Assembly (NCBI RefSeq): GCF_963921235.1
Contig: NC_086097.1
Location: 57,042,001 to 57,106,000 of the forward strand
DNA from: Mobula hypostoma
Lineage: Eukaryota
Length of the DNA: 64,000 nt
Direction of reading: 5' to 3'
The position numbers and the translations under genes are program-made. Of this stretch, positions 49,552 to 62,770 are shown in pieces. Under the pieces are notes generated by a model that saw nothing but the letters and a program-made list of their open reading frames with translations, made no database searches and was not told the origin of the DNA. Numbering within the stretch: the stretch's first letter is position 1; each line of letters opens with the position of its first letter.

Positions 49552-51982
49552 TGTTGTGTGTTTAATATTTGAGAAATATTGTAAATATTTTGATTATGTA
49601 TTCTGTTGTTTACATCATGCGCTGCGGTGAAAGTGCGTAAATGGCATAGGTCATCACGCCGCCACGTCATATGCGCACACCTTGCTTAAAGTACTAAATT
49701 GAGCTAAACTAAGACTCATGTCTTTTAGCTCCCTTGTTTTCCTTTCAGTTAGTTTTATGTTTTGGAGTTTAAAAACGTAACAGTGGCGATGGGGCATTTT
49801 TAAAACAAACCCGAGACGACAACCTACTTGCTGAAACCCAGCGAGAAACAGTTGAATTTTTAAAAAATCCGCGATTCCATTTCTAAATGGACATTAAACA
49901 CCACCTCACCAGCTTTCTGCACCACTTTTTAAATATTTAATATACATATATACACTTTTCCCTATACTTATCATGTGTTGTACTGCTGCCGCAACGTTAA
50001 CACATTTCACGACGTATACCGGTGGTGTAAACTTGACTCTGAAAAAGCGCAGTACTTTTTTTTCCTCATCGGAGCAGCACGTTTCTTTCACAAAAGTAAG
50101 GAGATCGATTTTTAAAAAAAGACAGAAAGCGGGTTAATAAACAGTGAGTACCGGGTGATTTTTTTTTAAGAGTAGAAATGGCTGGCTACCTTGGAAAGAC
50201 TGATGTATTTCATCACACAAGAGATAAAATTAATGATGCACTGATAGATCGTTTAGTTTGTTGAATCTTACAAGAAAACATTCAAAAACGGTTCCTAACT
50301 GAAGCACAACAAAAGAGCAGTTGAAATTGCTGCATTAATAGAAACAGCAGACAGCAATTGAGTTGCAGTTGGGAATAAAAGTGACTGCACTGGGAAGAGA
50401 AAAAGATAAAAAGTCAAAATTCAGTTTTTAAGAAGAGCTGTTGATAAAATCTGATGAGAGTGACATAGGACCGAGTAGCCTTCAGATTTCAATGTGAAAA
50501 CTAATAATAGCCTATATTAATAAATGTGGCTTACACCAAAAGTAAATGGCAAGTTAATTAAAATGGAATTGGACACTGGCTGAGCTGTTTGTCATTCCAC
50601 AGTGTGAGTTTGAATTGAAGTTTGCAGATATCCAACTAAGAACTGGTACTGGAGCAAAGCTAACTCCTGTGGGAATGGCATTTGGAGCAGTGAGATCTAA
50701 CAACCGACAAGCCACATTGTGCTTGTATGCGTTTAGAAACGGGAGGGCCAGCAGTGTGGGGACGTGATTACCAACCACAACTTGATTGGAGCTCTGCTCA
50801 TTAGTTGCATCCCTTGCAAGAGAGTCAGCTGAATGCAAACTAAGATAGGTACTGGGTGATGTCACAATTGTCTCCGTGCTGCACATCATGAACAGAAGGC
50901 AAATGGGTGTTGGTGCCAACCTCTGTGCTTCTGGTTGGAAAGCAAATGGGATCAAGAAAGGAACATGTTGCTCAGAAATCATGAAAGTGACAAAAGCAAT
51001 GGTCCAACTACAACTGCTTTTGTAGGCAACGTATCTGAGAAAGCTTCTGATAATAATCATGCAGTTACTTGCAAAATGCAGTTTGGTTTTAAGCTGGAAG
51101 AGAGTTTAGGAGCTTCAGGAAAGTTGCAAACATTGTTTTTTTTTGTGAGTATAAAGAGCCAGAATCTACACTGCGTGCATTAAGGCAAGAATTTCAAGTG
51201 TGAGACAAAAAGCAAACCATGAAGAGAGATCAGATTGTGAAGGGAGCAGTAGAAGGATCAATAGGAGAATACTCCAGTGAATTAAATGCACCTTCCCAAG
51301 ATCAAGATGCAGAAAATAGAAAAAAAGAGGATGCCTTAAGTGCTATGGAAATGGAAGAAAATAAACGAGACAATTTCTTGAAATTAGCAAATGCAGAGGT
51401 ATTGACAAGAAAGTAGAAGGAAAAGGAAGACAAGAAATAGAAAAGGAGAGATAGAGAATGAGTGAGAGAGAAGGAATGTGAAACAGAAGTAGTGCAGGAT
51501 AAGGAGAAAAGTTGTGACTGGGAGAGAAGCGAGGATCAATGTAGATCCAGAGAATAAAGCTAAGGAAAGGTGAAGAAAGGTGTTCAGATCTGTCAGAACC
51601 ACTTCTGGCAGTCTCAGAGTCAACTCCTACAAACACCATGGAGGAGGCCCCAGAGCCTGAGATTGTATATGTATTATATAGTATATTGTATATGTAAGTT
51701 GTGATGCATTCTACATTGAGGTGGAGGTAATAGCTGAGAAAGGGGAAGAGTTGTGTATTTAATATTAAAGTAATATTTGAGCAACACTAATATATTGTTT
51801 GATTAAGCATTCTTCGTTTACATATTATCGGTTAAATGTAAGTACGTGAATGCAATGCGTCATGCTGCAATGTCATATGCGTGCGCCTTGCTTAAAGTAA
51901 AAACTGAACCAAGACTTGCACCCCTCGGCTCCCTTGTTTTCCTTTCAATTAGTTTTATATTTTGGAGTTACAAAACATAACA
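49552..51982 (+). mobile_element. Non-autonomous Gypsy-type LTR retrotransposon, copy 2, carrying an RBM25-derived segment
   Basis: 5' LTR 49552-49782 (tgttg...taaca); PBS-like gtggcgatg; gag MAGYLGKTD and DRLVC remnants; protease KMELDTG; PPT gagaaaggggaagag; 3' LTR about 51750-51982; TSD aggat at 49547-49551 and 51983-51987. Confidence 0.9.
50905..51570 (+). pseudogene. RBM25: Processed RBM25 fragment inside LTR element copy 2
   Basis: VLVPTSV..VGKQMG, GPTTTAFVGNVSEKASD, QLLAKCSLVLSWKRV, GASGKLQ, CEYKEPESTLRALR, RDQIVKGAVEGSIGEYSSELNAPSQ, MEMEENKRD; intronless and frameshifted. Confidence 0.9.
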
Positions 51983-52124
51983 AGGATGACTAGCTTTTAT
52001 TTTATTTCAGTGGGGTGTGTTATGTGGGATTGGAGTAGGTGTGGGAAACTTTAGACAGAATGAGAGGGTGTGTAGTTCATGAAGTGCTGCATTATTTTGC
52101 ATTATTCACACTGATCCTGAGGTA

Positions 52125-52617
52125 TAGTACTGTGCAAATGTGTTGGGCACATGGATATAGCTAGGGAGCCTAAGAGTTTTGCACAGTATTATAATTTTAT
52201 GTATGAATTCTATGACTACTACTGCTGCAGCAAAAAAAACTTAATTTTATGACATTTGTGAGTGATGATTGAGAATGGGAGAGGAGCACCATTGTTGGGA
52301 AAGGAGGAAGGGAGAGGGAGCAGAGGGTACCAGAGACATTCTAGAACGATCAATAAATCAATTATTTGGAATCAAGTGACTGTCTGATGTCTCACAGCTG
52401 GGTGCGTCTGCACCTATACCACCCCATTGCCCTGGCACTCCTCTGCCACCTGTCTCACCTCCCTCCTGCGGTGCTCCACCCTGGCTATTCCCAACATGCT
52501 TTGCTTCTGCCAGGTTCACAAACTCTCTCCTCTCCACATTGGAAAGTACAGTACTGTGCAAAAGTCCATGGCATCTCAGCTATATGTACCTGCTTAAGAC
52601 TTTTGCACAGTACTCTG
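52125..52617. mobile_element. Degenerate Tc1/mariner-type MITE
   Basis: agtactgtgcaaa...ttttgcacagtact inverted units at both ends. Confidence 0.5.
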
Positions 52618-52978
52618 TAGATTAGAGAATCTTAGTGCCATGCAAATCCTTTTTCATTTTGAACATTCATAGTCTACCCATTCACAGGATTCAGTGGGAA
52701 CTGAAGTTTTTTTTTAACATGCTTGGAGAACATCCTTGAATCTTTTCCACTGTCCACATCTTAATCTTGCATAACAGCTTGGAATAGAAAGTCAGGTGTC
52801 AGCTATGTTATTAATGCGCCCCAAAAGAGCCTGTTGAGCACAATTCAAAACTCAGAAGGCAATTCAATATATATTCTGTGGGTTTTGAAAATTCTCTGAC
52901 AATGAATGTTATGAGGCTATTTGTATTGAAGGCTCCTGATTGCTTCTATGCATCCATAACAAATTTCCTTAACCTTGT

Positions 52979-53470
52979 ACACTCAATGGTCACTTTGTTA
53001 GGTACATCTGTAAACCTCATTAATGCAAATATTTAATCAGCCAAAGATGTGGCAGTAACTTAGTGCATGAAAGCATGTAGACATAATCAAGAGGATTAGT
53101 TGTTGTTCAGACCAAACATCAGAACAGGGAAGAAATATGATCTAAGTGACTTTGACTGTGAATTGGTGCCAGATAGAGTGGTTTGAGTATCTCAGAAACT
53201 GCTGATCTGCTGGGATTTAAAAGCACAACAGTTTCCAAAGTTTGCAGAGAGTTGGGGCAAAAGAAATCCAGTGGACGTAAACAGCTTGTAATAAGAGGTC
53301 AGAGGACGAGTTCAATCTAACAGGATGTTAGAGTAACTCAAATAACCATGCGTTACAACAGTGGTATGCAGGAGGGTATCTCTAAACGCACAACACATCG
53401 AACCTTGAAGTGGATGGCTATAGCTGCTGAAGGCCATGAACATGTCTCCTGTACATAACATAGTGGCCTT
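52979..53470 (+). mobile_element. Tc1-family non-autonomous element
   Basis: tacactcaatggtcactttgttaggtaca start; HTH remnant (LSISETADLLGF). Confidence 0.6.
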
Positions 53471-53699
53471 AACATAGGACATTTCCCCAAGGATCTTCCT
53501 TGTAGTCTAATTGGACAGGAAACACTAAGCTAAAGGAGGAGATAATTATTAAAAGAAGCCTGCATTACACACCAGAATCTACAGTTGAGAAAGCTGGATG
53601 GATGACCACTTCATCAAGTGCGAAGGGAATCGAGGATGCATAACGGCTGCGGTGATGGAAAACGCAGTCCTTAGATTATATAAATATAAGAGGCTTCAG

Positions 53700-54315
53700 T
53701 GACAGTGAAGTCATGAAATCATGAAATGTTATGGAAATGGGAGGAAGAATTTTGAAATTGAAGTGGAAGTCAGGTGAATAAATAGATGGTAGTTGGCATG
53801 AGTTAACATATAGCAGAGGATGGGTGTTCCAGTTTAACAAAGATGGCTTCGTTAACCCCTCTTTCAAACCAAACCACCTGTTTTCCCTGACCAATGTGTG
53901 CACATTGTTATCATCAAAGGAGTCTCCCTTGTTCTTTAGGATCCCACAACCAAACATAAACAGTGCAATATTGTATATGCTATCCAGTGCAATGAGAACT
54001 GTACAGATTGTATATTGGTGAGACAAAACAACCACTTCACAAATGGATGGCCCAACACCTCGGTTCAAGACTCGGCTGTATATCTACACCTAAAGGGCAC
54101 CTCCATTCATGCAAAGATAAGACTAATGACCCTGTCATTACCTCTACAATTCTCAGCAACCCTCATGTGATTGCTATACCTTTAAACAACTCAGAGTTTA
54201 TAAGCTGGAAAACTACTCACCATGGATCAGAACTGAAGAAGCCTCCTGGATGAGTGGCAAAATGTTTAGAATTCTAGAGAACACAGCAAGTCCAGTTGCC
54301 TTGATTTACTACTGC
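53700..54315 (+). mobile_element. Penelope-like fragment of a second subfamily, with an inverted 5' part
   Basis: YIGETKQPLHKWMAQH; minus-strand NVHTLVRENRWF...KPSL; ctgaaga...ggcaaaatgt degenerate hammerhead-like end. Confidence 0.65.
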
Positions 54316-54444
54316 TTGATACATTGGAGCATTCAGGTTTTGAGGTAACGTATGTGGATGAGATTTTCAGTATTTAAGCTATGACAGTAGTGGACATGCG
54401 TGACTATGATGATGTAATAGCTTACCAACAGAATATAAAAAGAT

Positions 54445-54755
54445 TAGCTTTTATAAATATTAACTTTATTTGTCACGTGTCCATCAAAACATAGAGTAAA
54501 ATGTATTGTTTGCATCAGCGACCACCAACAGTCCAAGGATGTACTGGGGGCAGCCCACAAGTGTAGCCATGCTTCCAGTACCAACATAGCATGTCCACAA
54601 CTTAGTAACCCAATCTGTTTGTCGTTGGAATGTGGGAGGAAACTGGAGCACCCACAAGAAATCCATGTATTCACAGGGAGAGCCTTGTACAGACAGTGGT
54701 GGGAATTGAACCCCAATTGCTGGCACTGTAAAACATTGCGCTAACTGTACAAAAC
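54445..54755 (-). mobile_element. V-SINE-like tRNA-derived SINE
   Basis: ggggttcaattccc B box; central gggtgctccagtttcctcccaca motif typical of V-SINEs. Confidence 0.65.
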
Positions 54756-56120
54756 AAGAGCAAGCCTGATGGCCCATGGTGGTCTGTGCTGACCATGATG
54801 CCTGTACTAAGGGACTAATCATATCTCTATGTAGCCTATATTTCAACATTCATTGCCTGTCCTTGTGCCTCAAACATTGCTATTATATATGTTTGTATCA
54901 CTTCCCTGGCAGTGGATCCAGGCACCTATCACACTCTGAATAAAACAAAATCCTTATAAATTTCTTTTAAGCTATTTCCCCATTCATATTTTAGTTCTGC
55001 CCTCTGATACGTGATATTTCCAGCTTGAAGAAAAGACTGACCATTTGCCCTTTCTCTGCCCCTCATAATTTTAGATACTTATTATTGGTCACCCCTCAGC
55101 TTCCACTTCTCCAAAGCAAACAATCCAGGTTTGTCCATCCTCTCCTTATAGCTAATGCTCTAATCCAGACAACATCCTGGTGAGCCTCTTCTGCCTTCTA
55201 CATTCACATTCTTCTTTGTATGTGACAAACATTACTGTGGCCTAACCAAAGTTTTATACGGCCGCCATTTGACTTTCCAACTTTTATACTCGACAGCCTG
55301 ACTGATGAAGACAAATATGCTGTGTACCTATTTATCACCCAATCTACTTCTGTTGCCTTTTTTGGGTAGCTTTGAGACTGCTAACTGTAGACTTCAGTTT
55401 AAAAGGTGCAGTGAAAACTAAGACAATTTCTTCAGTGAATTTGAGCACGAGTCCCTCAAACACCTTGATTAATTTTTTCACTGTGTTCACTTATAATATT
55501 CCTTTCCTGCTCCATTTAATTTTATTTTGAAAGCTATTTCCTATTCTCATGCTGTGTTATTTGTATGGAATAAGGGCAGAAACCTCTTGTAGGTACCACA
55601 CTTTTGTAGTCAACGCAACCCCTAAATAACTATAAATGTCCCCTATAATGCCCCAAAAGTTAACAAACAACAATAAGCACATTATAACATTTATATAGCA
55701 AAAGTTATTTCCTTGTTGGATAACAAAGTGCCATTTAGTGTAGTGGTACTTACAAGCAGTGATCTGCTGTGATTTCAGAAAGTAAACTCTTAAACAGTGC
55801 AGAGCAGGGAGCCTCTCGTCATGACTGGTTAAAAATCTGATCAGTAAGTATATAAATTTATATGATCAAAAAAAATTAACATGGACCCTGGAGTCAATCT
55901 GATTTGTACATGAACCTGTGTATATGTTGATTAAAACATTTTAATGAGCATTGGTAGAGTCGTGCAAGTTGAATGGGAGACAACTGAGAATGGAAAGGGG
56001 TTTAAAAACTCATTTGTGATTGCTTGAGCTGGCTAATTCCTCTGTCAAAAGCTGGTTCCATGGAGGTCTAGTCCAATACGATGAGCAGAGAATTTTAATT
56101 ACAACAATTCCTTCTAAACT

Positions 56121-56770
56121 TAGATTAGATTATGAGGACACGCAGTCCCCTTTTATTGTCATTTAGTAATGCATGCATTAAGAAATGATAGTGTTTCTCC
56201 AGAATGATATCACAGAAACACAAGACAAACCAACTGAAAAACTGACAAAAACCACATAATTATAACATATAGTTACAACAATGCAAAGCAATGCCGTAAT
56301 TTGATGAAGAACAGACCATGGGCACGATAAAAAGTCTCAAATTCTCTCAAAAGTCTCATCATCTCACGCAGATGGTAGAAGGAAGAAAAAAAACTCTTCC
56401 TGCCTTGAGCTTCCAGCGCCACAAACTTGCCGATGCAGCACCCTGGAAGCACCCGACCACAGCCAATTCGAGTCCATCCGAAAACTCCGAGCATCCGACT
56501 GGCCCTCCAATGCCGAGCACCATCTCTGCTGAGCGCTTCGACCCCAGCCCCGGCAATAGGCAAAGTCGAGGATTTGGGGCCTTCCCCTCCAGAGATTCTG
56601 TATTGCACAGTGGCAGTGGCAGCGAAGCGGGCATTTCAGAAGTTCCTCCAGGTGTTCCTCCGTGCTTCTCACGGCTGTCTCCATCAAATCAGGATAGTGC
56701 ACGGTCCCTAGTTAACACATACGATATCACTCGGAAAGACCGCACGCGCTGCGTTGCGCCATCTTCTCCT
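56121..56770 (-). mobile_element. Short non-autonomous retroposon with GC-rich AAGATGGCG head and Rex-like (aatct)n tail
   Basis: Minus strand starts gagaagatggcgcaacg and ends cctcataatctaatcta; its 3' part recurs at 59570-59794 on +. Confidence 0.6.
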
Positions 56771-59700
56771 CCCTCCATTATTCAGACTCTGTTTATTCAG
56801 ACAACAATGGTAGCTTGCCTATTTTTCCAGTGTTTATTTTCTTGTTCCCAACCTACTGCTCATAGTTGCTTAGCAGTTATTAATAAGTATGCAATACTAG
56901 CTGACAGGAACAGTACAACACTGAATTTGCAGGCAACATTAGCAAACAAAAAAGGAAACTAATTGGGCAGCTTAGTAAAACCCTATTAAGCCCATTTTGA
57001 TAATAGGTATTTCGAAATATTTTGTATACTAAAATAAATCAGCTGTTGTGAAATTTTCTTGAATAGTACAGTTTCTTTAAGCAGATTGTAGTTTCTGCTA
57101 TTTTGAAGTAATTCCTTAATTGACCATGAGGGAACTAAAACTAAAAGTAGAATTTCAGTTGACAGGATATAGGTTTTATGAATTTATCTGTTTTGTTTCT
57201 TGTAATGGAAACATTAGTTACTTCTAATTTTATATATATTCTAGTGCAACTTTAACACAGTTATGCAACATTCTTTGTGATTAAAGTTGCAGCTTAATAT
57301 TTTGGAACTAAATTACATGTCAGAACAAAATAAATTAGTAATCACAAATTCGGGGTTCTGAAAGTGGCAAAATCTAAAGATATACTGGAAGTATTTGTTA
57401 TTTGACATTTAAGGTCTAATTATGGTTGCTAATTGAATACTTGTTTAATATATGCGCTTTCAGCTCTGATAAATTGAAGTAAAACTTTACAGTCGGTATC
57501 TGCCATAATAACAACTGTGTAAGGACAAATATTTAATTAATGCACCACAATGAAACATTTTGCTTCTCGCTAAGTATCTGCTCAGTTTTAAAGCTCATCT
57601 GATTCACTGCTAAGGCAGAGTATTTTTTTTTAATTATTGCCAAACAGTAAAAATACTTGAATATTCAACTTGTAAATAATGTTGCTTTATCTGTTACAAT
57701 TATTCCTTGGCCAAAGCTTTGGGATGACTTTAAAATAAACCAGATTATTTAAAATTTACTACATGGTTAAAGATTTGAACTTTTTTTGTCAACTCAGATA
57801 TGCATAAAAAATAACGAAGCTGTAAATGACCATTGTGTAATTGTGACTATTTATAATGGTGAACAATTTTTGAGCTTCATATAACTTGTAATCCTGTGAG
57901 TTAGTATGTACGGTTCCTCATAAATGTATTCAGCCCGCATTACTTTGTTCACGTAAATGTGTAGTACACCCAGGGATTTTGATCAATTTAACTGAGAATT
58001 TTTATTTGTGAATCACATGCTCATTTTTTTTCACAGTAGAACCTCTCTGAAAAACAGGGAAAATTGTAAAACATGCAAAACACTTCATTAAAAAAAACCC
58101 TTAATTGTCAGCAGTTCAAAATTACTCATCCCTCATTCCTCGGCCCTTCTTTGAACCACCTCTCACAGCTATTACAGTCAGTGGTTTTTGGATAAGTCTG
58201 GTACAGTGTAATGGAGCAAGATTTGTCCATTCCTTCTTGCAAATTTGCTCATGCTGTGCCAGGTTAGTTGGAGAGCAGCTGTGGACAGCAATCTTGAAGT
58301 TTTGCCAGAGATGGTTGATTGGATTAAGGTCAGGACTTTGCCTGGGCCACTCAAAGACATCAATTTTCTTCTTTTGGAGCCACTACATGGTTGTTCTGGC
58401 AGTGGGCTTTGGGTCGTTATCCTACTGAAAGATGCCCTTCTTCCCCAGTTGAAGTGTTCTGGCATAAGTGGCGGGGGCTGTGAACAGGAGTGAAGAGACT
58501 CAGGATAGGAGGGATGGTAAAAAGCAAAGGGAGCATGCAGTCAGACTGTCAGGAAGGGCAGGCAGATGATAGGACAAAATTGCATCCTGCAGGGTGAAAA
58601 TCAGTGCTTTAGGGATGCAGAATCAAAAAGGGTAGCAAGCACAGTACTCAGTGGATGATCTTGTTGCACTATTGCAGATTGTCAGGTATGATGTTGTGGC
58701 CATCACGGAACATGGCTGAAGGATGGTTGTCGTCAGGAGCTGAATGTTCAAGGTTACATGTTGTATCGGATGGATTGGAAGATGGGCAGAGAGGGTGGTG
58801 TGGCTCTGCTGGTAAAGAATGGCATCAAATCAGTAGAAAGATGTGACATAGGATCAGCAGATGGTAAATCCTTGTGGGTTGAGTTAGTAAACTGCAAGGG
58901 TAAAAGGACCCTGATAGCAGTTACAGACAGACTTCCCAACGGTAGCTGGGACATGGACCACAGATTACAACTGAAAATAGAAAAGGCGTATCAAAAGGGC
59001 AATGTTATGATTGTCATGGGAGATTTCAACATGCAGGTCAATTGGGAAAAGTTGGTAATGAATCTCAAGAAAATGAGTTTGTTGAATGCCGATGAGATGG
59101 CTTTTTGGAGCAGTTTATTGTTGAGCCTACTAGGGGATCAGCTACACTGGATTGGGTGTTATGTAATGAACCAGAGGTGATTAGGGAGCTTAAGGTAAAA
59201 GAACCCATAGGAGACGGTGATCTCAATATGACTGAATTCAACTTGAAATTTGATATGGAGAAGGTCTGACGTAGCAGTAGAGGAGTAAATGAGTAAATGA
59301 AAAAGGAGATGGCTAAAGTAAATTGGGAGGAGATGCTGGCGGGGTGACAGCAGAGCAGCAATGGCATGAGTTTCTGGGAAAAATGATGAAGGTGCAGGAC
59401 ATGTGTATTCCAAAAATGAAGAAATACTCAAATGGCAAAATAGTACAACCATGGCTGATAAGGGAAATTCAAAGCTAATGTAAAAGCAAAAGAGAGAGCA
59501 TACAACAAAGCAAAAATTAGCTGGAAGATAAGAGGATTGCGAAGCTTTTAAAAATCTACAGAAAGCTATCAGGACTTTGAGACTTTTTTTTACTGTGCCC
59601 ATGGTCTGCTCTTTATCAAATTACGGTATTGCTTTGCACTGTTGTAACTATATGTTATAATTATGTGGTTTTGTCAGTTTTAGTCTTGGTTTGTTCTGTG

Positions 59701-60103
59701 TTTCTTGTGATATCATTCTGGATGAACATTGTATCATTTTTTAATGCATGCATTTCTAAATGACAATAAACAAGGGTTGAGTGTCCTCATAATCTTAAAA
59801 AAAAAGCAACTAAAAGAATCATTAGGGAAAAAGAAATATGAAAGCAAGCCAGCAAACAATATCAAAGTGGATAGAAAAAGATTTTTCAAGTATGTAAAAA
59901 GAGATGAGTGGATATAGGACCACTAGGAAATGAGGCCAGTGAAATAATAATGAGGGACGAGGAGATAGCAGATGAACTAAATGAGTATTTTGCACCAGTT
60001 TTCACTGTGGAAGACCCTAACAGCGTGCCAGATGTTGAAGGGTGTGAGGAAAGAGAAGTGAGTGCAGTTACTATAACAAGAGAGAAGCTGAGACTTAAGA
60101 GTA

Positions 60104-61362
60104 CACTCTCTCCTCGTTATATGCGAGGGATACGTTCCTCGAAGTTGACGCCTAATGTGAAATCGCTTAATGTGAATAATTATTTAAATAGAGAAAATAG
60201 GGATGTGTTCCAGAGAGCTTCCTAAATATGTTTTATCTGTAATTTATTCACATTTTTATACCAATACAACACAAAAGCAGTACTACAAGACAACATTTAT
60301 ATTATATTTAATCAATTTAAGGTAATATTCAATGTAATAAATCATAGAAAGTTAACATCCTCTGGTGTACAGTATTCACCAACAGTGGCAGGTGTGTTCA
60401 CTCCCGGAGATGAGTGGTGGTTGTGGTGTCAGGCAGCTTTACACAGATAAGGTGGATGGTTGTGGTTGTCAGGATAATATCAAGCACAGCAAGGGGTGAA
60501 GGGAGACTCAGAACTCTTTGAACTGCTGGCAGAAGGTGTTGCCAATTTGCATAAAATGATGAGGGTTGTTTGCTTGGCAGCATTTTGTTTTAAATTTGCT
60601 TGTAGGGAAGAAGGGTTGACGGCAGGGAACGACTGAAATGCTGACTCCGTTCTAAACTTGGGTCCATGTCCATTGCCATTTGTGCCAAGTGTTCCGACTT
60701 TCACCATTCCCTTACCGTTGGTAAACTCCCGGGATTTTCAAAGTCGTCTGTTGCTTGCAGCATCTGAGAGATAGTTTGCCGTAAAAAAAAATACGTACGC
60801 CTTGAATGTGGATCACAATGGTCACATGGTCGAATGGTTGAATCAGCAATGTTGCGTTAGGCGGCAGGAAATGCACTGTTATGTTAGGATGAATGCTGTC
60901 CAAATGTTTAGGATAGGCTAGCGCATTGTCAAGCAACAGAACTTTAAAGGCAAGATCCTGTTCTGGGCAGTAGCGTCCCAGAGCTGTGTTACCTTCAGCT
61001 GATGCCGCGCTGTTTATAATTTCCAACTTTTTTTTCAAGTGTTAAAGCAGTTCTCTGCTGCTCGGCTGACAGCCCAAGACATGACATCGGACGCTTAGGA
61101 GGCATAGTTAAGTATTTCAAGCGCAAAATCACTGCACCGTAGGTAAAACCAACAGAAGTTTGAGATTGCGCATCCACACCTTGCTAAAACCAATGCGAGA
61201 GTGACAGAGAGAGATTGTGAGGCACGCGCACCTGACTTGTTTGGTGGGAAGCGGTGCTTCTCGTCCCAACAGTGAGACTGTGAGGTGTGCACGTGACTCG
61301 TATTGGCGGGAAGGCAGTGCTCCTCACATAACTGTGAATCTGCATATAACGAGGATAGGGTG
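60104..61362 (-). mobile_element. Tigger/pogo DNA transposon deletion derivative
   Basis: TIRs cactctctcctcgttatatgc / gcatataacgaggatagggtg with TA on both sides; MPPKRP...ALTLEKK, VLLLDNA, FLPPNATLLIQPFD. Confidence 0.87.
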
Positions 61363-62216
61363 TACATAAGTCATCCGGACCAGATGAACTGCTCCCTAGG
61401 ATTCTGAAAGAGCTGAAAGAGGTAGCGTGAGAGATTGTGGAGGCATTAGTAAAGATCTTTCAGAAGTCAATGCACTCTGGCATGGTGCCAGAGAATTGGA
61501 AAATTGCAAATGTCACTCCACTCTTTTAAGAAAGGAGGAAGACAGCAGACATGAAATTATAAACGAGTTAGTGGTTGGGAGGATGTTGGAGTTAATTGTT
61601 AAATGTTAATTGTTAAAGAATTAAGTTATGGAGTACTTGGTGCCACAGGACAGGATGGGACAAAGTCAGCATGGTTTCCTGAAGAGAAACTCTTGCCTGA
61701 CAAACCTGTAGGAATACTTTCAGAAGGCCTTTGACAAGGTGCCACACGTGAGGCTGCTTACCAAGTTAGAACCTATGGTATTACAGGAAAGTTACTGGCA
61801 TAGTTAGAACATTGGCTGATTGGTAGGAGACAGTGAGTGGGAATAAAAAGATCCTTTTCTGGTTGGCTGCCAGTGACGAGTAGTGTTCTGCAGGGATCAG
61901 TGTTGGGATTGCTTTTATTTGTGCTGTATATCAATGATTTAGATAATGGAATATATTATTTTGTTGCCAAGTTTGCAGATGACATAAAGATTGGTGGAGG
62001 GGCAGGTAGTGTTGAGGAAACAGGTAGGCTGCAGAAGGACTTGGACAGATTAGGAGAATTGGCAAGAGTGGCAGCTGAAATACAGTGTTGGAAAATGCAT
62101 GGTCATGCACTTTGGTAGTAGAAATAAATGTGCAAATGATTTTCTAAGCAGGGAGAAAATCCAAAAAATTTGAGATGCGAAGAGATTTGGCACTCCTTGT
62201 GCAGAACACCCTAAAG

Positions 62217-62770
62217 CAGTGGTCACCAACCACCGGGCTGCAAAGCGTGTGCTACCGGGCCACGAGGAAACAATATGATTTGACGATATGAAACAATATA
62301 AGTCCACTGCACCTTTCCTCATTCCCTGTCACGCACTGTTGAGCTTGAAATAACCTACCAAATCATACCAAATAACACAAAACCTAAAATAACACTAACA
62401 TATAGTAAAAGCAGGAATATGATAAGATAAATACACAGCCTATATAAAGTAGAAATAATGTATGTTCAGTGTAGTTTCACTTAACAGAATTGGGAAGATT
62501 AAGCCAAAATGGATTTGTAGAAAAAAAATCGACACGTACACACATGCACACACTGGTGCCCGCGCAAGGCTTCATGGTCATGGTAGTCTTTTTTTTGGGG
62601 GTAAACACAAGTGTCCCGTATTTGAATGCTACTTTTGTCCCTTATTTGGGAGTGAGAAAGTTGGCAACCCTACTTCCTACTTGAACAACCGCCCCCCTCC
62701 GTCGGCCGCTCTGCAAGAGCAGTGTCAATATTAAACTGGTCTGCGGTGCAAAGAAGGTTGGGGACCCCTG
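62217..62770. mobile_element. hAT (Charlie-type) MITE
   Basis: cagtggtcaccaacc / ggttggggacccctg TIRs; perfect 8-bp TSD ccctaaag at 62209-62216 and 62771-62778. Confidence 0.88.

Noticed and set aside
56318..56962. 214-aa ORF
   Set aside because: Lies mostly on the opposite strand of a GC-rich repeat and has no recognisable domain.
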